Program-made: the position numbers and the translations under genes | IMG/VR virus record: IMGVR_UViG_2690316166_000008 | Source: a virus | Lineage: Duplodnaviria; Heunggongvirae; Uroviricota; Caudoviricetes | Strand: one strand, 5' to 3' | Length of the DNA stretch: 7,266 nucleotides | Shown: positions 1 through 6,573 of the stretch, one piece after another | How the letters are laid out: each line of letters starts with the position of its first letter | Position numbering within the stretch: position 1 is the stretch's first letter | The notes under the pieces: generated by a model | Told to the model about the DNA's origin: nothing | Databases searched by the model: none | What the model saw: only the letters and a program-made list of their open reading frames with translations

Positions 1-46
1 TACACTAAATCAGTAAGTTGGCAGCATCACCTCATTCGTCTGTTCC

Positions 47-553
47 TTAAATCTTCCAGGAAATTTCTGCATTGCCGTCAGCATCACCGGCACCTGTGAA
101 TTCAGCGTTGGTCAGCACCACGTTTTTGCCACTGACTGACGTGGACATGAATCCACCCAGCGGCACTTTGATGGATTCATCAGTGGAGACGACAACGTAT
201 ACCGGATCGCCTTTTTTGATAGTGCTGGCATCAAAATCAGAACCGAGATTAACGGTCACGTAGCCACGCTTCATGGCGTCGCCCGGGAAGTTCTTGCCTG
301 TTCCCACCTGGCGAACCATGTCCGGCTGCGACGTGGTCGGATAAGGGCGCACGTAGATCCCCTTCACCTTGTCTGCGGTATCACCATCTGCCAGCGGCAC
401 GAAAAAACCGTCATCATCGTATTTACCAGCCAGGCCATAGGCAGCGAAGGCGTTATCGGATTTAAGGACCACCGGTTCGACGGTTAAGTCCTGCGGGCGA
501 GAGACAGCCCCGGCAATGCCAACAGGCATCCGGTACAGAAATACATTATTCAT
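47..553 (-). CDS. phage head structural protein, small (possibly decoration/cement-type capsid accessory protein; function inferred from position only)
   Basis: 168-aa ORF. ATG at 553-551 lies 3 nt after the TAA stop (557-559) of the upstream gene, with AAAGGG inside the end of that gene acting as a Shine-Dalgarno sequence, so the two look translationally coupled. The protein is Gly/Thr/Val-rich and reads like a beta-rich fold. It follows a scaffold-like gene in a head module. No specific family recognised. Confidence 0.8.
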   Translation of the reverse strand: MNNVFLYRMPVGIAGAVSRPQDLTVEPVVLKSDNAFAAYGLAGKYDDDGFFVPLADGDTADKVKGIYVRPYPTTSQPDMVRQVGTGKNFPGDAMKRGYVTVNLGSDFDASTIKKGDPVYVVVSTDESIKVPLGGFMSTSVSGKNVVLTNAEFTGAGDADGNAEISWKI

Positions 554-556
554 TTT

Positions 557-1777
557 TTACCCTTTACGGTTTGCCCAGAATTCAGCGTTTTGTTTGTTCA
601 GGGAAGCGATACTGGTCATGCCCATGTTTAGGCGCTGTGCATCGCCGGTGGTGGCGCGGGTGTTTCGCCCTTTGGCAACCTCAGACACGGCATTAAACGC
701 CATGTCGACCGATTGTTTCGGTAATTTGCGGATATCCGCATCACCGACTATCTGGCGAACCAGCGTTTTGTCAGCAGAAGCCAGAACCTCGCGTTTGAAC
801 GCGGTCGGTTTCATCTTACGGCTCAGATCGATACCCGGAACGATAACTTCGGCACGCCAGGCTGAGTCACCAGTAATCGTGGTTTCCTCTTCATCGTCCT
901 CGCCGTCACCGGTCGGATTATCGTCAGGCTTATTATCGTTATCGCCCGTGGCATTTCTTTCCAGCTTAGCCAGCAGGGCTTTCAGTAATGTTTTGAGGTC
1001 ATCATCACTGTCGCCGGTTGGATCTCCGCCCATCTCTGGTGCTTTGTCCGGTAGTGGTTGCTGCGGGGACAGGTTGATGTTGAGATTAACGCCCTGCGGC
1101 AAATCCCCCTCATCTCCTGTAACCGATGCGGGAGCCGACTCCACCAGTTCGTTCATGGTGTCGGCATCTCCTGTCTTGATGGCCGCACGCATGCGGTTCC
1201 ACCAGTTTTTCTTTTGATTTGCCATTGTGTCTCTGTCTCCAATTGCACAACGATTTCCGGCTCTGCCTTTAGGGACAAGAGCCACATGGTTTCCGGTAAT
1301 ATCGACCTGCTCGGCTTTACCTGGCTCGGTCTGCTCGTACTCCGCGTCATAGCCGCACGACACTTCGCGCAGGCCATCTTCGATAAGCTGAATGGCGCTT
1401 TCGTCTTTGACGATAAGGTCAGCCAGCATCAAATCAGACTGCTCACCCGTCCCGCGCCGGACATTCTGGAGGTGCCCGACAGCAAGCTCTTTCCAGTTCT
1501 CGGGATTTACCAGCCGCACATTCCCGTTTTCATCTTCAGGATGCAGGATCGTGATGCTCATCCCTTCGAATGAGGCAAGCGTGGCCGGATGGAATACCTG
1601 CTCAGGAGAACGCGTGACGACTATTTCACCGAACTTATCGGGTTTCAGTTTTGGCAGGTCATCAGCACCATAGAGCTGCTTACCTGTTCGTCCTATCGGC
1701 ACGTCTTTGCACAGCAACGAGCCGTCAGCCAGGCGGTATCGGGTTTCCCCGAGCCTGGTCTCAAAAAAGTATTTCAT
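557..1777 (-). CDS. phage head morphogenesis protein, scaffold/prohead-protease-like (resembles DUF2213-type prophage head proteins) with a long acidic low-complexity linker
   Basis: 406-aa ORF. ATG at 1777-1775 lies 3 nt after the TAA stop (1781-1783) of the upstream gene. The N-terminal ~185 aa look globular. Residues ~203-305 are an Asp/Glu/Gly/Pro-rich low-complexity segment (e.g. GDSDDD, DGEDDEEE). The C-terminal ~100 aa look helical and basic, as in scaffolding proteins. Position between portal-side genes and a small head protein. The family name is recalled from memory, not searched. Confidence 0.8.
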   Translation of the reverse strand: MKYFFETRLGETRYRLADGSLLCKDVPIGRTGKQLYGADDLPKLKPDKFGEIVVTRSPEQVFHPATLASFEGMSITILHPEDENGNVRLVNPENWKELAVGHLQNVRRGTGEQSDLMLADLIVKDESAIQLIEDGLREVSCGYDAEYEQTEPGKAEQVDITGNHVALVPKGRAGNRCAIGDRDTMANQKKNWWNRMRAAIKTGDADTMNELVESAPASVTGDEGDLPQGVNLNINLSPQQPLPDKAPEMGGDPTGDSDDDLKTLLKALLAKLERNATGDNDNKPDDNPTGDGEDDEEETTITGDSAWRAEVIVPGIDLSRKMKPTAFKREVLASADKTLVRQIVGDADIRKLPKQSVDMAFNAVSEVAKGRNTRATTGDAQRLNMGMTSIASLNKQNAEFWANRKG

Positions 1778-1780
1778 GGG

Positions 1781-2711
1781 TTATGCTGCCCTTTTCATTG
1801 CGAATGGAACGCGAACAAACACGATCTCTTTATAGCAGCGGCAGTTTGGCAGCTCGCCCNNNNNNNNNNNNNNNNNNNNNNNNNNNNNNNNNNNNNNNNN
1901 NNNNNNNNNNNNNNNNNNNNNNNNNNNNNNNNNNNNNNNNNNNNNNNNNNNNNNNNNNNNNNNNNNNNNNNNNNNNNNNNNNNNNNNNNNNNNNNNNNNN
2001 NNNNNNNNNNNNNNNNNNNNNNNNNNNNNNNNNNNNNNNNNNNNNNNNNNNNNNNNNNNNNNNNNNNNNNNNNNNNNNNNNNNNNNNNNNNNNNNNNNNN
2101 NNNNNNNNNNNNNNNNNNNNNNNNNNNNNNNNNNNNNNNNNNNNNNNNNNNNNNNNNNNNNNNNNNNNNNNNNNNNNNNNNNNNNNNNNNNNNNNNNNNN
2201 NNNNNNNNNNNNNNNNNNNNNNNNNNNNNNNNNNNNNNNNNNNNNNNNNNNNNNNNNNNNNNNNNNNNNNNNNNNNNNNNNNNNNNNNNNNNNNNNNNNN
2301 NNNNNNNNNNNNNNNNNNNNNNNNNNNNNNNNNNNNNNNNNNNNNNNNNNNNNNNNNNNNNNNNNNNNNNNNNNNNNNNNNNNNNNNNNNNNNNNNNNNN
2401 NNNNNNNNNNNNNNNNNNNNNNNNNNNNNNNNNNNNNNNNNNNNNNNNNNNNNNNNNNNNNNNNNNNNNNNNNNNNNNNNNNNNNNNNNNNNNNNNNNNN
2501 NNNNNNNNNNNNNNNNNATTTCACTGTAACGCTCCAGCGCCGCAATAATTTCCGTGATACTGTCATTTGAACCATCGTAGCGACCATTTACGATGTCTCC
2601 GACCGCCCTCGCTATCCTGCGTAGGCTGGTTCGATACCGGATTTCCGCCTGACGGCTCCTGCGGTTCGTCATCAGGTTCGCCGATGCCGGGCGGCGCTTC
2701 ATCTTCGGCAT
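1781..2711 (-). CDS. phage protein of unknown function, interrupted by N run (5' fragment 2518-2711, 3' fragment 1781-1859); may be one gene, two genes, or a continuation of the portal gene
   Basis: 5' fragment: ATG at 2711-2709 preceded by GAGGA 8 nt upstream; the frame is open into the N run and shows good codon usage in its last ~45 nt before the gap (…AVGDIVNGRYDGSNDSITEIIAALERYSE). 3' fragment: only one minus-strand frame is open across 1781-1859 (…GELPNCRCYKEIVFVRVPFAMKRAA, stop TAA 1781-1783). The two fragments are in different frames relative to the N count, so the N-run length is not the true length. Interior is unknown. Confidence 0.45.
1860..2517. other. run of 658 N (assembly gap or masked sequence)
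   Basis: Directly visible. The flanking coding frames do not match across it. Confidence 0.99.
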
Positions 2712-3645
2712 TCTCGATGTCCTCGTCGGTAATGGATGCCCCGATGCCGGTTACGTCAGAATTTTCTCGCAAATCAGTCATAGCGGCTTTCAGTGTCATC
2801 AGACCATCACCCAGCGCCGTACTGATTGCGTTGGTGGTGTTTAACGCCACCGTTGAGCGATCGACATCAGACATTTGCCAGAGCGGGTTAAACTCAAACG
2901 TGAAATCGTCCGGCAGCGGCTTGCCAAGTTCCGAACGATGCATGATGTCCAGTATCCGCCGCACCGGAAGACGTAAACGCCTCTCCTGCAACGAACTGAT
3001 GCGATCGTAATAGTTGGCAAGGTCTGCATCACCGGTAGAAAATCCTTTCGGGGACTGTCCGAACAACCGCACCAGTGGGATACCAACAGCGCCACTAATC
3101 TGTTCTACAAACTGCGAAAGGATGTCATCCAGACCACTGAAGCTGTACTGATGGGTTTCAAACTTATCCCGCGAGTCCATGAGCGTCATGCCTTCATTAC
3201 TCTGGAACTGTCGAATCAGGTCGATATTCTTCAGCAACGCTTCATACGCAGGACCACCAAGTGCGATAAGCTCGCGTAGCTTCTCCACGCTGTAGGTACG
3301 CAAATGCGCCTTGTAGACCAGCTGCGCCGCGCCGACAGTAGCGCTGTCGAACGCGGTAAGACGATCCCAGATACGCTCTACAACCGACATTCCCCATTCG
3401 TTCTCGGTCATCTTCTGCTGAAATGGCAACGTGACGCCATCAAAGCGAATCAGGCGACTGTGATGAATGCGCCAGGCAGGAATTCCCGTTGCTGTGGTCA
3501 CCACATCGTAAAACTCAGGTTTACCCAGGTCCGGCCCCATATCTTTAATGCGGCGGGTCAGTGCCGGGTCGACCATCCAGCGGTCGAGCGGGAGAATCCC
3601 CTTAAACTTGCCCTTACCGATGGTTTCGGGTCGCAGCGGGGTCAT
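2563..3645 (-). CDS. phage portal protein (putative)
   Basis: 360-aa ORF immediately downstream of the terminase large subunit gene. ATG at 3645-3643 preceded by GAGGGG about 9 nt upstream, embedded in the last codons of the large-subunit gene. Acidic, Pro/Gly-rich disordered C-terminal tail. Gene order TerS-TerL-portal is canonical. The protein is short for a portal, so the assignment is by position and general character, not a recognised signature. Confidence 0.65.
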   Translation of the reverse strand: MTPLRPETIGKGKFKGILPLDRWMVDPALTRRIKDMGPDLGKPEFYDVVTTATGIPAWRIHHSRLIRFDGVTLPFQQKMTENEWGMSVVERIWDRLTAFDSATVGAAQLVYKAHLRTYSVEKLRELIALGGPAYEALLKNIDLIRQFQSNEGMTLMDSRDKFETHQYSFSGLDDILSQFVEQISGAVGIPLVRLFGQSPKGFSTGDADLANYYDRISSLQERRLRLPVRRILDIMHRSELGKPLPDDFTFEFNPLWQMSDVDRSTVALNTTNAISTALGDGLMTLKAAMTDLRENSDVTGIGASITDEDIENAEDEAPPGIGEPDDEPQEPSGGNPVSNQPTQDSEGGRRHRKWSLRWFK

Positions 3646-3651
3646 TGGTGC

Positions 3652-5552
3652 CTACCCCTCAATCATGATGAAACCCACCGCGCCGCCGTAGAGGCGCGAC
3701 CATTTCAGCACGTCNNNNNNNNNNNNNNNNNNNNNNNNNNNNNNNNNNNNNNNNNNNNNNNNNNNNNNNNNNNNNNNNNNNNNNNNNNNNNNNNNNNNNN
3801 NNNNNNNNNNNNNNNNNNNNNNNNNNNNNNNNNNNNNNNNNNNNNNNNNNNNNNNNNNNNNNNNNNNNNNNNNNNNNNNNNNNNNNNNNNNNNNNNNNNN
3901 NNNNNNNNNNNNNNNNNNNNNNNNNNNNNNNNNNNNNNNNNNNNNNNNNNNNNNNNNNNNNNNNNNNNNNNNNNNNNNNNNNNNNNNNNNNNNNNNNNNN
4001 NNNNNNNNNNNNNNNNNNNNNNNNNNNNNNNNNNNNNNNNNNNNNNNNNNNNNNNNNNNNNNNNNNNNNNNNNNNNNNNNNNNNNNNNNNNNNNNNNNNN
4101 NNNNNNNNNNNNNNNNNNNNNNNNNNNNNNNNNNNNNNNNNNNNNNNNNNNNNNNNNNNNNNNNNNNNNNNNNNNNNNNNNNNNNNNNNNNNNNNNNNNN
4201 NNNNNNNNNNNNNNNNNNNNNNNNNNNNNNNNNNNNNNNNNNNNNNNNNNNNNNNNNNNNNNNNNNNNNNNNNNNNNNNNNNNNNNNNNNNNNNNNNNNN
4301 NNNNNNNNNNNNNNNNNNNNNNNNNNNNNNNNNNNNNNNNNNNNNNNNNNNNNNNNNNNNNNNNNNNNNNNNNNNNNNNNACAGGATACTGTTCTCCGTT
4401 GTTAATGGCGTTAAACGTATTTCTGAAACGGTCAGCCACCAGCCACCATGCCTGAGCCTTAAGATTTGCGAAAAAGTCTTTGTTGGGGATGCCGTTGTAC
4501 TCGTCATCTGGCTCATGCACACCAGCACCGGCGTTAAACCTCTGGTAATTCACACGTCGCGCGTATGCGTTCTCGCTCTTCCGGTCAGCGTTAATTTCAG
4601 AGAATTTAGCACCGGCAGACGCACCAACACCGATAGAGTCGTAAACAATATCTGCTTCACGCTCCAGCGCCGCCTGATAAGTACGCTGGCAGCTCTTCAG
4701 TAATTCATCTTCTTTGGCCTTCCATTCGTCGGCCCAGAAAACAACGGATCCGTGACGGTAAACGTTAGCGCACTTATCTGTACCACTGTCAGCCACGTCA
4801 AAGCCAATACGCTTTCTTCCACTGGGTTCGAAATTTAACGTTTTGTGCGCATCCACTGCGGCTTCTATCCAAGACAGTTTGATGATTGCCGCATCATCAT
4901 CAGACTCCGGAACGCCCTCATACACATGTTTAAAACCATCCGGATCACGGCGTCGCGCCGCGTCGATAACCTTAAGCATGGTGTCAGACAGAAACGGATT
5001 TTCGTCATAGTTAATTTTGCGGATGAGAGTGCCTTCGGGCGGATCAACAACGAAGTTGCGCCAGACGAAATCAGTAACAAGTCCGGGGTTGAATATGAAC
5101 CAGCATTCCGAACCCTCTTTACGGATCGTTGGCTCCAGAATTTTCCACTGGTATTCCGTCAGTGCGTGGGCTTCTTCCAGCCACAACACATCGATCCCCT
5201 CCAGTGACTTAATTTCTTCGATGTTGCGCCATAATCCATAAAAAACAAATTCCGAGCCAGTAACCCGGTTAATGATTTTGTTGTTCAGAATACGGAAACG
5301 GTGCCGCAGACCAAACCTGTCTATCTGAATTTTGAGCAGGGTATACACCGACTCTTCGATTTTATTCTGGATCTGACGGGCACAACAAAAACGCAGGGTG
5401 TATTTATTCGACAGAAATATGGCAATGCCAGCGGCATCCCATGATTTTGACGATGACCGACCACCATAAAGCACTTTGTTACGTGCCCGCATAGTCCAGA
5501 AACTACGTAAAGCCGGATTCAGCGTCGGTTTGGATGTCAGAGTAGAAGTCAT
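3652..5552 (-). CDS. terminase large subunit (N-terminal ATPase, C-terminal RNaseH-like nuclease), interrupted by N run
   Basis: Walker A-like motif VLYGGRSSSKSWD (about 5442-5465), Walker B-like IDVLWLEEAH, and a nuclease-type motif GFDVADSGTDK. Proposed start is ATG 5552-5550 with GGAGAG 10 nt upstream, which places Walker A about 30 residues from the N terminus as in PBSX-type large terminases. The ORF-track start at 5660 lies deep inside the small-subunit gene and is rejected. After the N run the coding frame is a different one (…DVLKWSRLYGGAVGFIMIEG, stop TAG 3652-3654), supported by codon usage. Length is therefore nominal. Confidence 0.85.
3715..4380. other. run of 666 N (assembly gap or masked sequence) inside the terminase large subunit gene
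   Basis: Directly visible. 666 is a multiple of 3, yet the large-subunit frame differs before and after the run, so the true missing length is not 666. Confidence 0.99.
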
Positions 5553-6267
5553 TGAGGTCACGCTCTCCATTGCCATCATCAATACCTGCATCACGGCGAA
5601 GACGATCAGCCTCCAGAGACACCTTATCAGTGGCGGCCTTGCGGTAGGCTGTATCAGCAAATATTTTTCCTACCGTCGCAAGCGTGCCAACGATGGACTC
5701 AATACGAACTGTATTGCGCATCATTGCTTTCTCGGCGGCGCTGATATTTTCAATCAGCATCTTCCTTTCCTGGTCCCCATTAGCATCTTCCAGCGACACC
5801 AACCACCGACCAATATTCTCTGCAGCGACAAGGTTGTTAGCACGAAGGCGAAATAATTCGTCCTCGAGCGTCAACGCTTTAGCGTCCTCTATCACCTCAT
5901 CTTTGAGCAGAAGGCGACGGGCATAACCACCGTGTTTTAATGCCTGCTGGTTACCGGGTTGGAATGGGTTAGTCGGGGGATCGGTACGCATTCCGCGTAT
6001 CGGTTTCGTATCCGGTGTAGATTCTGTTTTTAGTTGCGTACTTTTTTGTGTAAGGCCAGTAATGGCAGGCTTTCTGCTGGTACGCACTTTCCTTTTTTGC
6101 GTACCATTTTTGCAAACCTGCGTACCGCCACTGCGTGCCCAACCAAGCTTTTTGGCCCTCTTCCTGATAGCCCCTTCTGTAACGCCGTATTTCTCGCCTA
6201 TATCACGGAGGCTAAGGACTCCGGCCCGGTATGCCGATTCGATGGCCTCCCAGTCCGGTTTTGCCAT
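5503..6267 (-). CDS. terminase small subunit (putative; N-terminal helix-turn-helix DNA-binding region)
   Basis: 254-aa ORF directly upstream of, and overlapping, the large-subunit gene. ATG at 6267-6265 with AGGAAG 7 nt upstream and in-frame stops just upstream. The N terminus (AYRAGVLSLRDIGEKYGVTEGAIRKRAKKLGW) looks like an HTH; the central part is a basic linker; the C-terminal half is helical and coiled-coil-like, as expected for a small-subunit oligomerisation region. Assignment rests on position and architecture. Confidence 0.65.
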   Translation of the reverse strand: MAKPDWEAIESAYRAGVLSLRDIGEKYGVTEGAIRKRAKKLGWARSGGTQVCKNGTQKRKVRTSRKPAITGLTQKSTQLKTESTPDTKPIRGMRTDPPTNPFQPGNQQALKHGGYARRLLLKDEVIEDAKALTLEDELFRLRANNLVAAENIGRWLVSLEDANGDQERKMLIENISAAEKAMMRNTVRIESIVGTLATVGKIFADTAYRKAATDKVSLEADRLRRDAGIDDGNGERDLNDFYSDIQTDAESGFT

Positions 6268-6298
6268 GATTATGCTTCCTGTGATTTACTGTTATCGC

Positions 6299-6352
6299 TG
6301 CCTGTCACAATAGGTTGCTTTAATTCTTCCTCATCACTCACTCCTGCGACGC
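6299..6352. repeat. 54-bp exact direct repeat, copy 1 (abuts left side of N run)
   Basis: tgcctgtcacaataggttgctttaattcttcctcatcactcactcctgcgacgc is identical to 6408-6461. Confidence 0.9.
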
Positions 6353-6407
6353 NNNNNNNNNNNNNNNNNNNNNNNNNNNNNNNNNNNNNNNNNNNNNNNN
6401 NNNNNNN
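6353..6407. other. run of 55 N between two identical 54-bp segments (probable unmerged contig overlap)
   Basis: Directly visible. Confidence 0.99.
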
Positions 6408-6461
6408 TGCCTGTCACAATAGGTTGCTTTAATTCTTCCTCATCACTCACTCCTGCGACGC
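6408..6461. repeat. 54-bp exact direct repeat, copy 2 (abuts right side of N run)
   Basis: Identical to 6299-6352. Confidence 0.9.
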
Positions 6462-6490
6462 TCCGTGGCAGGGCCCCCCACAGGAGTACC

Positions 6491-6520
6491 TTGTAAATGT
6501 AAGGTGTTTAAGCCTAAATT
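6491..6520 (+). promoter_or_regulatory. candidate sigma70-type promoter for the downstream membrane-protein gene
   Basis: TTGTAA (6491-6496), 18-nt spacer, TAAATT (6515-6520), in an AT-rich leader about 50 nt upstream of the start codon. Both hexamers are imperfect; this is a by-eye call. Confidence 0.25.
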
Positions 6521-6573
6521 AAGTCGTATCACGGTTAAATAGCAAAGAAAAATTCACAGAAGGAAAGACATTG

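Noticed and set aside
1-46. Start of the next minus-strand gene (expected major capsid protein) downstream of the small head protein
   Set aside because: All three minus-strand frames contain stops within 1-46. Any start would be within a few bases of the window edge and cannot be supported.
516-1673. Plus-strand and small minus-strand ORFs inside the scaffold gene (516-1217 +, 1058-1573 +, 1392-1673 +, 1153-1377 -) and 72-263 (+) inside the small head protein gene
   Set aside because: These are shadow ORFs of minus-strand genes. The Ser-rich 233-aa product is the antisense image of the acidic linker. None has a convincing start context.
1589-2548. ORF-track ORFs whose translations are mostly X across the first N run (1589-2548 +, 1651-2529 +, 1781-2587 -, 1830-2711 -)
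   Set aside because: Translations across Ns carry no information and N length does not preserve frame. Only the real-sequence ends of the two minus-strand ORFs were used. The plus-strand ones are antisense to the head-gene operon.
2567-3095. ORFs 2567-3010 (+) and 2841-3095 (-) within the portal gene
   Set aside because: Antisense or out-of-frame shadows of the portal ORF, with low-complexity Ser/Cys/Arg-rich translations.
3304-4528. ORF-track ORFs 3304-4455 (+) and 3659-4528 (-) spanning the second N run
   Set aside because: 3304-4455 is antisense to the portal and large terminase genes. 3659-4528 is a wrong-frame read of the large-subunit C terminus with rare codons; the correct frame ends at 3652.
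5553-5660. ORF-track start of the large terminase gene at 5660
   Set aside because: It would overlap the small-subunit gene by about 160 nt and add about 36 residues before the conserved N terminus. The ATG at 5552 with GGAGAG upstream fits the usual Walker A position.
4515-5926. ORFs 4515-4703 (+), 4845-5207 (+), 4865-5080 (-), 5017-5241 (+), 5476-5856 (+), 5684-5926 (+) inside the terminase genes
   Set aside because: Shadow ORFs. The minus-strand genes have clear Walker A/B and nuclease motifs and an HTH, leaving no room for independent genes.
6320-6334. Four-codon mini-ORF (ATG AGG AAG AAT TAA) with a strong AGGAG Shine-Dalgarno sequence upstream of the small terminase gene on the minus strand, present in both repeat copies
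   Set aside because: Too short to call as a gene and it lies in the probably artefactually duplicated segment. A leader-peptide role cannot be supported from sequence alone.
6034-6432. ORFs 6034-6432 (+) and 6062-6313 (+) overlapping the small terminase 5' end and the repeat/N region
   Set aside because: Antisense to the small terminase gene. They run across the duplicated segment and Ns, which are probably artefactual, and have no Shine-Dalgarno sequence.
6299-6461. Possible CRISPR-like or other repeat array (two identical 54-bp units separated by 55 unknown bases)
   Set aside because: Only two copies exist. The units are longer than CRISPR repeats, the 'spacer' is entirely N, and each copy abuts the N run, which is the pattern of an unmerged contig overlap. 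There is no repeat-internal palindrome typical of CRISPR.
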